A DNA stretch of 64,000 nucleotides from Gemmatales bacterium. Its GTDB lineage: Bacteria; Planctomycetota; Planctomycetia; Gemmatales; HRBIN36. A program made the position numbers and the translations under genes. Shown here piece after piece: positions 47,049-55,693 of the stretch. Position 1 is the first letter of the stretch, and every line of letters starts with the position of its first letter. The notes beneath the pieces were generated by a model, which ran no database searches, was not told where the DNA came from, and saw only the letters and a program-made list of their open reading frames with translations. The DNA is taken from positions 5,586 through 69,585 of the forward strand of contig JBDHUG010000012.1 of NCBI GenBank assembly GCA_039809045.1. Direction: 5' to 3'.

Positions 47049-48407
47049 TCAAAGGGTTTTTAGATACTCAATAATGGCCCAGCGTTCCTCAGCGGCCAGG
47101 TTATCGCCAAAAGTGTGCCCGCCGTTGCCGCGTCCTGGCTGGGTCGTGTCATAGATCTTTCGCTTTTCAATAGACGGCAACTGGGGATCTACGGTGCCTG
47201 TCCACTCTTGAAAGCGCCATCCTAGGCGGACGCTGTCGTAATCCGCTTCATTTGTCCGAAACGATCGTGTATAGGCCTTGGGGCGTGCCTGTGAGTTTAA
47301 AACATGATAAACCGTCGGGACCGACCCATTGTGCAAATAGGGTGCTGACGCCCATATCCCATCGAGTGGCGGAGCTTGATAACCCCGCGTCAATTGATAC
47401 TTCAATGGCTGGCCTTGCTCATTGGTTTCCTGGCCAAACCATGTCGAGAGATAATGATCTCGGGCACGCTCAGTGATGGCCATTGCACGAACTGGATCGG
47501 TGCCGATCTCGTCCAACTTCACAATCTTATTCGGATACTGTCCGTCTGGACCATAAGTACCATGACAACTCGAACAGTGGTGATTGAACAGTATTTTGCC
47601 TTGTGCAGCCTTGTTTGTATCGACAGGAAAAGGATACTTCGGCGGCTCAATGGTCTTAATGTAGGCCAGAACATCCATAAAATCTGGCTCCATCGCCTGG
47701 ATGCTATCTCGGGTCGCTAATGGCCCAAGCGTAAATTGCATGATTGAGCGCACGGACGTTGTTGGCGTGCTCCCATCGTAATACATCGTCTTTTTCTTTT
47801 TCATGTGCCACCAGGGAGGCACATCCTCGCACAAGTTGTCTTTGAGACCTAAATCCAATGGTTTAGTGCGCAAGGTAAGATCGGGGTTACGAATGGAAAA
47901 AAGGAAAATCGCCATGGCTGCAGCTTCATTCGTTCCCCGTACATTGGTGAAGGCAAACAATGCCTTGCGCTGCTTACCGCCAAAGCCATAAAGGTCATCA
48001 AATAAGGCTTCAATCTCTAAACTGGCATTGCCCAAACCAATATAGCTTTTGCCGAGCAACGAACTGCCGTGACAAATCATGCAGTCGTTGGTCACTCCGG
48101 GTCGACCTATCAAGGTTTTGGTTTCCCGCAACCCCATTGGTAACCCCTGATTGGAATAGGGAGCTGGATGCAAACCATAGCGCTCCCTGAATAATTGTTC
48201 AAACGCTTCTGGTTTTTCCCTATACCCCCATTGTTTCCAGGCTTGATCGACGGTATCGCGACTCCACAAAGCAGAGTTGAAAGCTCGAGTGGTGAGCAGT
48301 GTATATCCTTTTTGAGCGTCTGGTAATGGTTTGACTGGATTCGCATACACCACAAGCGAGCATAGGCTCAAGCTCATCAGTAGCCAGACCAATGGATGTT
48401 TCTTCAT
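47049..48407 (-). CDS. di-haem c-type cytochrome, secreted
   Basis: Signal peptide and two CxxCH motifs (CMICH, CSSCH). The C-terminal ..GGHTFGDNL..IIEYLKTL tail is seen in di-haem cytochrome/peroxidase-like families. Confidence 0.75.
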   Translation of the reverse strand: MKKHPLVWLLMSLSLCSLVVYANPVKPLPDAQKGYTLLTTRAFNSALWSRDTVDQAWKQWGYREKPEAFEQLFRERYGLHPAPYSNQGLPMGLRETKTLIGRPGVTNDCMICHGSSLLGKSYIGLGNASLEIEALFDDLYGFGGKQRKALFAFTNVRGTNEAAAMAIFLFSIRNPDLTLRTKPLDLGLKDNLCEDVPPWWHMKKKKTMYYDGSTPTTSVRSIMQFTLGPLATRDSIQAMEPDFMDVLAYIKTIEPPKYPFPVDTNKAAQGKILFNHHCSSCHGTYGPDGQYPNKIVKLDEIGTDPVRAMAITERARDHYLSTWFGQETNEQGQPLKYQLTRGYQAPPLDGIWASAPYLHNGSVPTVYHVLNSQARPKAYTRSFRTNEADYDSVRLGWRFQEWTGTVDPQLPSIEKRKIYDTTQPGRGNGGHTFGDNLAAEERWAIIEYLKTL

Positions 48408-48563
48408 CTTCAGAAACTCCTGTCACCCAGTGCTTAACGACTTCAATATGGATAGAAACGTAGATCTCGGAACTTCCATATGGGACAGTTCTGTTGGCAA
48501 AGATCAGCCTATCCCTTTATCATATCCACGATCGGTTGCTTCTACTACGAGTTACCCTTGTGA

Positions 48564-50093
48564 ATGAGTTCCATGATTCGCTATCACCATATACCATCCT
48601 TTGAATCTTTTCGCTCGTTGGCGAAAGATGCAACCATCGTGCCGGTTTACAGGCAACTAACCGGTGATACATTGACCCCAGTAACAGCTTTTGGCCTATT
48701 ACGTGGATCCTCCAGCCGCTTTTTGTTTGAAAGCGTGGTTGGCGGCGAACGCATCGGCCGTTATAGTTTTGTAGGCTCAAACCCATTCTTACGCATTCAA
48801 GCCTGGGGTCATCAGGTGACAGTCAGCACCGACCAGGAATTCGTATTCGAAGGTCAAGGTGATCCCTTTCTAGTGCTAGCAGAGCAGCTCAGGCAATTTC
48901 GAGCGGCCCATCTCATGGGCCTGCCCAGGTTCAGCGGTGGTGCTGTTGGTTGTGCCGGTTACGACTGTATTCGCTATACCGAAAAGCTGCCCAACGCGCC
49001 GCACGATGATCGCAAGCTGCCTGATTTTTCCTTTGCCCTTTACGACCGTATGGTCATCTTCGATCATTTGTTCAAAACCGTTTCAGTGGTTGCCAATGTA
49101 CGTATCGATGCTCATGCATCCCTTGAACAAGCTTATCAATATGGTTGCGATGCCGTCGATGAGTGGGTTGAGCGGTTGCAACCGACGGTTTCGCCTTGGC
49201 CGTTGCAAGACGTTCCACCACAACTTGTGCGTTCAACGCCCTCACCTCGGGTTTGGAAATCGAATGTCACTCAGCAGGAATTCGAACAATCGGTTGCCAA
49301 GGCGAAAGACTACATCCGTGCGGGGGATGTCTTCCAAGTGGTACTCAGCCAACGCCTGGAGACAACGACTCAGGCTGATCCGTTCGACATTTATCGTGCC
49401 CTGCGGATCGTCAACCCTAGTCCGTTCATGTTCTTCTTGGAAGACAGCCCCTTGCTGCTAATCGGCAGTTCGCCGGAAATCATGGTGCGTGTGGAAGGCA
49501 ACACTGTGACGACAAGGCCTTTAGCAGGGACCCGCCGCCGTGGGCAAACGGATACCGAGGATCAGGAGTTGGCAGCCGAATTGCTGGCCGATCCCAAAGA
49601 GCTTGCTGAACACATCATGCTTGTGGATCTCGGCAGAAATGACGTTGGCCGCATCGCGGAACTAGCGAGTGTTCGTCTAACCGAACTCATGGTCGTTGAA
49701 AAATACTCCCATGTCATGCACTTATCGAGCACTGTGCAGGGACAGTTACGCAATCAAGCACATGCACTGGATGCCTTGCGATCTTGCCTGCCAGCGGGAA
49801 CGCTATCCGGTGCACCCAAAGTGCGGGCGATGGAAATCATCGATGAGTTGGAACCCTGCCGGCGTGGCCCCTATGGGGGAGCCATTGGGTATATTGATTT
49901 CACTGGCAACATGGACACGTGCATTGCCCTGCGTACCCTGGTCATGATGGGTCAGAAGGCTTACATTCAAGCGGGTGCTGGTATCGTTTATGACAGTCAG
50001 CCAGAAGAGGAATACCAAGAAACATTGAACAAAGCGAAAGTGTTGCTACAAGCGATCGATTTGGCTGAACATTGCTTTAACCTGAGCCGTTAA
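48564..50093 (+). CDS. trpE: anthranilate synthase component I
   Basis: Typical TrpE blocks: ..VPVYRQLTGDTLTPV.., ..GDVFQVVLSQR.., ..NPSPFMFF.., ..GTLSGAPKVRAMEIIDELE...RGPYGGAIGY... Confidence 0.9.
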   Translation: MSSMIRYHHIPSFESFRSLAKDATIVPVYRQLTGDTLTPVTAFGLLRGSSSRFLFESVVGGERIGRYSFVGSNPFLRIQAWGHQVTVSTDQEFVFEGQGDPFLVLAEQLRQFRAAHLMGLPRFSGGAVGCAGYDCIRYTEKLPNAPHDDRKLPDFSFALYDRMVIFDHLFKTVSVVANVRIDAHASLEQAYQYGCDAVDEWVERLQPTVSPWPLQDVPPQLVRSTPSPRVWKSNVTQQEFEQSVAKAKDYIRAGDVFQVVLSQRLETTTQADPFDIYRALRIVNPSPFMFFLEDSPLLLIGSSPEIMVRVEGNTVTTRPLAGTRRRGQTDTEDQELAAELLADPKELAEHIMLVDLGRNDVGRIAELASVRLTELMVVEKYSHVMHLSSTVQGQLRNQAHALDALRSCLPAGTLSGAPKVRAMEIIDELEPCRRGPYGGAIGYIDFTGNMDTCIALRTLVMMGQKAYIQAGAGIVYDSQPEEEYQETLNKAKVLLQAIDLAEHCFNLSR

Positions 50094-51511
50094 TTCGCTA
50101 GTCGGCCTGGTGGACGTACGCCCTTGCCTTTTAGCTTGGTCAAGCTATTGCCCAAATCCGCATGTGCTTGATCGATCCACTTTTGCATTCGTTGCAGGAT
50201 TTCAGGATTTTGCTCAGCGACATCGTTTGTTTCGCCCAAGTCCGAATCTAAATGGAAAAGCATCGTCCTGGCTAGCTTCACCTGGCGATAACCTGCTGGT
50301 TGGCCATTCTTGCCCGGGGTTCGGTTTTCAAGCATGCGGCACTCATGAGGCAAAATCAACTTCCATGGACCGCTGCGTAATGCTTGCAGTTCATTGTCAC
50401 CGTAATAGAAGTAGTAAACTTCGTGGGGACAGCGAGCCCCCTTTGCCCCGACAAACAAAGGCCAAGCGTCCTTGCCGTCAATCGGCAGCTTTGGCAAGTC
50501 TGCCCCGAGCAATTTGGCTAAAGTTGGAAACACATCGATCGTCATGCAAGGTTCCGATTGCACAGCGCCTGCTGGAATGTGCCCTGGCCAACGTGCAATG
50601 CAAGGCACGCGTACGCCACCTTCCCAAACACTGCCTTTGCCCTCGCGCAACGGTCCTTTAGTGCCTCCGTGATTGCCGTAACTAAGCCAAGGACCATTAT
50701 CGCTGGTAAAAATCACGAGTGTGTTTTGCTCGAGCTTATATTGCTTCAGTGCCTGCATGATTTGGCCAACACTCCAATCGATTTCCTCAATGACATCTCC
50801 ATAAAGCCCCTGCTGCGACTTACCTTTGAATCGATCCGAAACAAACAAGGGCACGTGCGGCATGGTATGCGCAACGTAAAGAAAGAATGGATGATCGTGG
50901 TTGTCATGGATAAAACGCATCGCTCGTTCAGTGTATTTGGTCGTCAATTGCCGTTGATCTTCGGGTGTGACATCGGCCACAATGACGCGATTTTGCTCGA
51001 TCAATGGCAAGGGAGGGTACTTCACTTTATCAGGATGATGCGGCCACATATCGTTGGAATAAGGCAAGCCGAGATAGACGTCAAACCCATGACGCGTCGG
51101 CAGAAAACGATCATGATGGCCAAGATGCCACTTGCCAATGGCAGCCGTTTTATATCCTTGCGACTGAAACAACTCACCAAGGGTGGTTTCTTCATCAGCT
51201 ATCCCGTGTTGCGCACTTGGACCTAAAGCCCCATGAATGCCAATCCGATTGGCATAACATCCAGTCAACAGTGAAGCACGTGAAGCCGAGCAAACCGGTT
51301 GTGATACATAAAAACTCGTGAATCGTATCCCGTTGTTGGCAAGCTCATCCAAATGCGGCGTAGCCCAACCCTTGGCACCGTAACAACCCAAATCAGTGTA
51401 TCCAAGGTCATCCGCGAAAATGATGACAACATTAGGCGGCTTTTGCTCAGCGGCTCCAACGAGCGAACTACACCAAAGCCAGCCTAGCACCAAGCCTATG
51501 ATTCGCATCAC
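50090..51511 (-). CDS. formylglycine-dependent sulfatase (arylsulfatase A-like)
   Basis: Signal peptide, the NVVIIFADDLGY block and the sulfatase signature CSASRASLLTG. Its stop overlaps the trpE stop. Confidence 0.9.
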   Translation of the reverse strand: MMRIIGLVLGWLWCSSLVGAAEQKPPNVVIIFADDLGYTDLGCYGAKGWATPHLDELANNGIRFTSFYVSQPVCSASRASLLTGCYANRIGIHGALGPSAQHGIADEETTLGELFQSQGYKTAAIGKWHLGHHDRFLPTRHGFDVYLGLPYSNDMWPHHPDKVKYPPLPLIEQNRVIVADVTPEDQRQLTTKYTERAMRFIHDNHDHPFFLYVAHTMPHVPLFVSDRFKGKSQQGLYGDVIEEIDWSVGQIMQALKQYKLEQNTLVIFTSDNGPWLSYGNHGGTKGPLREGKGSVWEGGVRVPCIARWPGHIPAGAVQSEPCMTIDVFPTLAKLLGADLPKLPIDGKDAWPLFVGAKGARCPHEVYYFYYGDNELQALRSGPWKLILPHECRMLENRTPGKNGQPAGYRQVKLARTMLFHLDSDLGETNDVAEQNPEILQRMQKWIDQAHADLGNSLTKLKGKGVRPPGRLAN

Positions 51512-51542
51512 CAGCTACCTTGATTGGTCACAACACCACTGA

Positions 51543-52322
51543 TTACTTGATGATTTTGTTGAGGTCAACCACTTCACCATCCCGATATCCAATCATGGCT
51601 CGAACGAGCTGTTTCCACTGTTTGGCATCCACCGCATTCATTTTCAAGCTACGTACAGAGCCATCCACAAAGCCCACCAGGCAAACCTTCCATTCAGAAT
51701 CGACGCCCATTAATTTGAATGGCGTTGTGTCATCTTCAATAGTGGAATCAATGACCATATCCTCTGGCTTCGTCCATATGACGGGTGTATGCGCTTCAGC
51801 AACGGCAATCGTATTCGAGGTACCATCAGCCACTGATATTCTGCCCAACGTTTGCTTTTCCTTTAAATCAAACTTAAAGATTGGTATGTACTTCCCCTTA
51901 TAGTCTTTATGATTGACAAATACTTGATAATGCGTCTTCCCGTCAACGTTGGCTGGTTTTCCAGGCATCTGGTAGATTTTGGGCATCTTCGTGATCAGGG
52001 TTTGATTGTGTTCACTATCCCAAGGCTCATCCAGGCGAAATTGTTTGTACAGAGAATCTTGTTCCAAATAGGGCAAAATGGCAACACGCCAGCTCAAAAG
52101 TGGCTTACGATCCTTTTCCGGAGCTTTAGGGTTCGTAATCGCATATGAGCACAAGTAACCGTAATCCGAATGGTAATTATGCATTGCAAGCATAATCTGC
52201 CTCAAGTTATTCAAACCGACGACAACATCACGTCCTGAGCGATCATCCGCCCAAATGCTTGCTGTCAGGGAAAAGAGCGCGATCGTTGTTAGTCGCGTAG
52301 CGCCATGAAGTGAGAAGTACAT
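51543..52322 (-). CDS. DUF1559-like protein with Sec-type signal peptide instead of prepilin leader
   Basis: Contains NNLRQIMLAMHNYH, LLSWRVAILPYLEQDSLYKQFRLDEPWDSEHN and TSNTIAVAEA blocks typical of DUF1559. The N-terminus is a cleavable-looking signal (..LTASIWADD), and the C-terminal motif lacks the His of H-X9-DG. Confidence 0.6.
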   Translation of the reverse strand: MYFSLHGATRLTTIALFSLTASIWADDRSGRDVVVGLNNLRQIMLAMHNYHSDYGYLCSYAITNPKAPEKDRKPLLSWRVAILPYLEQDSLYKQFRLDEPWDSEHNQTLITKMPKIYQMPGKPANVDGKTHYQVFVNHKDYKGKYIPIFKFDLKEKQTLGRISVADGTSNTIAVAEAHTPVIWTKPEDMVIDSTIEDDTTPFKLMGVDSEWKVCLVGFVDGSVRSLKMNAVDAKQWKQLVRAMIGYRDGEVVDLNKIIK

Positions 52323-52524
52323 GTTTGATCTCGCTTTCGTTTTGAATTGACTTCGCTTGATCAGGCTGTGTAGAAATTAACCTCGCAGCTTACCCAATGC
52401 AAGCGCTCGACTGTCAGGTATTATGTAATTTGGGTCCTACGTCATATCCATCATAAGCCCATTCGAATTCTCATTGACCAAAGTTGGTGTAACGTCTAAG
52501 CTGGAGGGTGGATTATTTTATCAT

Positions 52525-52579
52525 GGCTTCAAAGGACTGAGTTATTTGGGTCAATAACTTGCATTTTTCCTTTGAAGCC
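52525..52579 (+). promoter_or_regulatory. extended 55-nt stem-loop in the 5' region of the DUF1559 gene
   Basis: Perfect 12-bp outer stem GGCTTCAAAGGA/TCCTTTGAAGCC (52525-52536 / 52568-52579) encloses a 6-8-bp inner stem GTTATT/AATAAC (52541-52546 / 52553-52558). It ends 38 nt before the ATG at 52618. There is no U-tract on either strand. Confidence 0.5.
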
Positions 52580-52617
52580 GAGGTTCATTCACGGTCGATT
52601 GACCGGGGAGATGTATC

Positions 52618-53748
52618 ATGAATCGATTGCATGTTCGACCCGACAGACATGGGTTCACGCTGATTGAGCTGCTGGTTGTGATCGGCATCATCGTCTTGCT
52701 TTTGGGACTGTTGTTGCCGGCCATTCAACGCGTTCGTGAATCCGCTAACATGGTTGCTTGCACCAATAATCTCAAAAATATTGGGCAAGGTATTGTCAAC
52801 AGTTTAGGGGACCGGAACAACAGTTTTCCAACAGGTGGCGGCGACTTGCTTTATGCTGGTAACCCCATGCCCAGGTCTGGACCATTAGCCAGCCCTGCAC
52901 CAACGGCTTCAGGTGTCCCTGCAGGCCGCGAGTTCCAAGATTGGGGTTGGGGATATCAAATCCTTCCCTTCATAGATCAGGACCCCATTTGGCGGAATGC
53001 CAACGACGCTAATATTGTAACCACTCGCATATCCACCTATTTTTGTCCAAGCCGTCGTAATCCGCAGTCCGTCAATAATTCATTGGGTGCTTTTGGTGTA
53101 GCTACTTTTGGCATTCGTGCGGTCGGGGATTACGCAGGCAATGCTGGCTGTTTTCCGCTCTGGGATGCCACCGGTGCCTCCAATGGAACTGAGAACCTTG
53201 CTCCAGCCAATCCCCCCTATCGCAATGGCATATTCGTTAAGAATCGTTTTTGGACCGGCCCAGGTGCTTTCACCAATCTGGATCGCCCACTACGCCCAAC
53301 CGATGTCAGCGATGGTGTTGCTTACACCATTATGATTGCTGAAAAACGAGTCAATTCCATGCTGATTCAATCGGGGTCCGATCTCAACCAACCGCAAGTT
53401 GGCGATCGTTTTGGCTTTGTGGCTGGCTACTCCAATGACACATTGCGAACCGGCTTCCTGCCTCCCGTTAGCGATTATCCTCGAGGGATCTTGCCATCGG
53501 AAATCCCTGGCAATGCTAACCAGGTCATAGCGGATGGTTTCGGTGCCGCTCACCCACTGGCGATGAATGCCCTTTTTGCAGATGGTTCTGTGCGGCGCAT
53601 TCGCTTTTCCATCAACGACTCCATCGAATCGCGTCCTGTTGGAACGCCTCCGATTGGTGCGTTGGGTTCGGCTGTGAATCTAACGGTCTTTCAACGGTTG
53701 TGCCATCGCTCTGATGGCGGCAAACTCAGCGCTGAAGACTTTGAATAA
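52618..53748 (+). CDS. DUF1559 'H-X9-DG' protein with prepilin-type N-terminal cleavage/methylation domain
   Basis: [26 protein letters not shown] leader, NNLKNIG block and an exact H-X9-DG near the C-terminus ([12 protein letters not shown]). Confidence 0.9.
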   Translation: MNRLHVRPDRHGFTLIELLVVIGIIVLLLGLLLPAIQRVRESANMVACTNNLKNIGQGIVNSLGDRNNSFPTGGGDLLYAGNPMPRSGPLASPAPTASGVPAGREFQDWGWGYQILPFIDQDPIWRNANDANIVTTRISTYFCPSRRNPQSVNNSLGAFGVATFGIRAVGDYAGNAGCFPLWDATGASNGTENLAPANPPYRNGIFVKNRFWTGPGAFTNLDRPLRPTDVSDGVAYTIMIAEKRVNSMLIQSGSDLNQPQVGDRFGFVAGYSNDTLRTGFLPPVSDYPRGILPSEIPGNANQVIADGFGAAHPLAMNALFADGSVRRIRFSINDSIESRPVGTPPIGALGSAVNLTVFQRLCHRSDGGKLSAEDFE

Positions 53749-53767
53749 GAATCACTACTTATCAAAT

Positions 53768-53800
53768 AAAGAGGAAGGCGGCTTTGCCGTCTTCCTCTTT
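53768..53800. terminator. bidirectional terminator hairpin between convergent genes
   Basis: 15-bp stem AAAGAGGAAGGCGGC/GCCGTCTTCCTCTTT (one G-U pair) with a 3-nt loop. A/T runs flank both sides. It sits between the DUF1559 stop (53748) and the AhpD-like stop (53842). Confidence 0.75.
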
Positions 53801-53841
53801 ATTCGTAATTCCATTGTTACAATCGATCAATGTCCAGCAAA

Positions 53842-54174
53842 TTAAGCATTCGTGGCAGACATTAATCCGTGGTCGCGCATCCAAGAAAAAATAGCCACCG
53901 CGGAAGGCAGCCCAATGGTGCTGGCAGACAAGGCAACCAGTTGTTCAATCGCATGCTGAGATACCCCGGCTGCCATGGCTTTGCGTATGGCTGCATGAAC
54001 TGCACCTTCCTTCATTGAGCCAATCGCAATGGCCAGCTTGATTAGCCGAATCGACTTTTCATCCAAAGGGCCTTGTCGTTCGGCTTCGTGTATTTTATCC
54101 CATGCTTCTCCCAACAAGGGATAGCGTTCGATAAACGCAAAAAAAGTGGGTGGTGGACCAGCGGGTTCAGTCAT
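53842..54174 (-). CDS. carboxymuconolactone decarboxylase (AhpD-like) family protein
   Basis: 110 aa with a CMD-family-like helical pattern (..LDEKSIRLIKLAIAIGSMKEGAVHAAIRKAMAAGVS..). It is the last gene of the molybdoenzyme operon. Confidence 0.7.
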   Translation of the reverse strand: MTEPAGPPPTFFAFIERYPLLGEAWDKIHEAERQGPLDEKSIRLIKLAIAIGSMKEGAVHAAIRKAMAAGVSQHAIEQLVALSASTIGLPSAVAIFSWMRDHGLMSATNA

Positions 54175-54230
54175 GGCAGCGTCGTCCTTCTGATCAGGTA
54201 AGTGATTCTGCGTGTATCACTTTACTTGAT

Positions 54231-54842
54231 TTAATGCGCATGTCCACAACCGCAACCCGTCATTTGGTCATTTTCGATAAGACGTTTGGTCACGCCAAAG
54301 TGCTTGGCTAATTCATTGGCCAAGTTGAGATATTTTTCATGCACACCCGGACCAATGTCGTGGTGCTCGACTTTTGTATAAGCCTGCAGCAATTCCTGAT
54401 CATCTTCAGCCGAGGCCACCTGCTCTGCCATGGCGAAGAGGCAATGATCTTCTTTGTTAATATGCTCGCGCAGAAGCTGAACATAGGCTTTGGCGTGATG
54501 GACAAAAGCATGCACATCGTTGGCAACACCCGCTTCAGCACCAGGCAATGCCTTGTTCATTTGTTGAATATAATGCCTACCCAAGGTGTGTTCGCGCAGC
54601 ATAACACCCGTCGGCCCCATTTGCCGACTGAAACCATGGCGTTCCAGCCAAGGGAAGAGATGATCTTCCTCCTTGCCATGATGACACCGATCCGCAAACT
54701 CGCGCAAGAATTCCAAAATCTCCCGTGCCCGATCACCCTTTAAGCGACCTTGCTCTTTGGCTTGTTGAGTCAATACTTCCAAACAGTCCAAGACTTGTTC
54801 AATGACCCGATGCTCTTGCATCAAAATGGCCGTGGCTTGCAT
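54231..54842 (-). CDS. hemerythrin (HHE cation-binding) domain protein
   Basis: GAGGAGG RBS. His/Glu ligand pattern (..MQEHRVIEQ.., ..CHHGKEEDHLF.., ..LREHTLG.., ..LREHINKEDH..). Cys/His-rich tail CGCGHAH. Confidence 0.8.
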   Translation of the reverse strand: MQATAILMQEHRVIEQVLDCLEVLTQQAKEQGRLKGDRAREILEFLREFADRCHHGKEEDHLFPWLERHGFSRQMGPTGVMLREHTLGRHYIQQMNKALPGAEAGVANDVHAFVHHAKAYVQLLREHINKEDHCLFAMAEQVASAEDDQELLQAYTKVEHHDIGPGVHEKYLNLANELAKHFGVTKRLIENDQMTGCGCGHAH

Positions 54843-54899
54843 GTTTAACCTCCTCGATGTGTACTAAGCATCTGCCCTCCGAAGAGCGAGATGAAAAGC

Positions 54900-55691
54900 C
54901 TATATACCTTTACCAACTGAGCAATTGGCACATTCAAGTGGTTCTCCTGCCTCAGCATCGGGCTTGGGCTGCATGGGCATTTCTGGTGCGGGCAAATCGA
55001 ATATCCGACGTTCAATAGTGATGAAGGCTGCCAGAACCTGTGCTAGTTCAGCCAGATAGCCTTCACCTGCTTTGGCACGCAATCCACGCGTAAAGGAAGG
55101 AACCCACCAAGCTAAATGGGCCTCGAAGAAGGAACGAGCTGTTTCTAGGCACATGGCTTCGTTTTGTTCGGCTTGTGCTTCAGACGCTGCTAGCCGCGCT
55201 TTCATAAACAAAAAAGCCATGAATTCCAATTCCAGGGACAGTGCATCATGTCGCACTGATCGGCTGGCAGGTGGCTGCAAGCCGAATGCATGATAAAAGC
55301 CGGCGATGTCCGCCAGTTGTTGGGAACGGAAAAACGGTTCACTGTTGGGTTGAAACTCGGTTTCGAAAGGCGGACATTCACGGCAAGTCATTAACCCAAA
55401 AACACGCTCGTATTCCAGGGTATATTCTTCCAGTGTCAGATCATGATACAGCACCCATAAGGTTTGAAAACTTAACCGATCCTCCTTCACTTCGCCAAAG
55501 CCAAAAGTTGTTGGCTTACCTGCCACCTCCTGCCGAAGGAGTTGAGCAGCCGATTGCAAGAAGTTCAGGTTTTCCGTTGTGAAGTAATTCACGGTCTGTG
55601 CGTAACGTGGATCCGTCAGCGCTGCGGCAAGAAAACGGTAAATGCCTTCGCGTGCCCACTGGATAGTACGTTGCATGACCATTGCTCTCAC
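54900..55691 (-). CDS. TorD/NarJ/DmsD-family redox-enzyme maturation chaperone
   Basis: TorD-like blocks (..YERVFG...CPPFETEF..., ..IAGFYHAFGL..., ..HDALSLELEFMAFL..). The start lies 2 nt after the beta-subunit stop. Confidence 0.7.
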   Translation of the reverse strand: MRAMVMQRTIQWAREGIYRFLAAALTDPRYAQTVNYFTTENLNFLQSAAQLLRQEVAGKPTTFGFGEVKEDRLSFQTLWVLYHDLTLEEYTLEYERVFGLMTCRECPPFETEFQPNSEPFFRSQQLADIAGFYHAFGLQPPASRSVRHDALSLELEFMAFLFMKARLAASEAQAEQNEAMCLETARSFFEAHLAWWVPSFTRGLRAKAGEGYLAELAQVLAAFITIERRIFDLPAPEMPMQPKPDAEAGEPLECANCSVGKGI

Positions 55692-55693
55692 CT

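Noticed and set aside
50558-51226. 222-aa plus-strand ORF inside the sulfatase gene
   Set aside because: It is antisense to a gene with the CSASRASLLTG sulfatase signature, so it is a shadow ORF.
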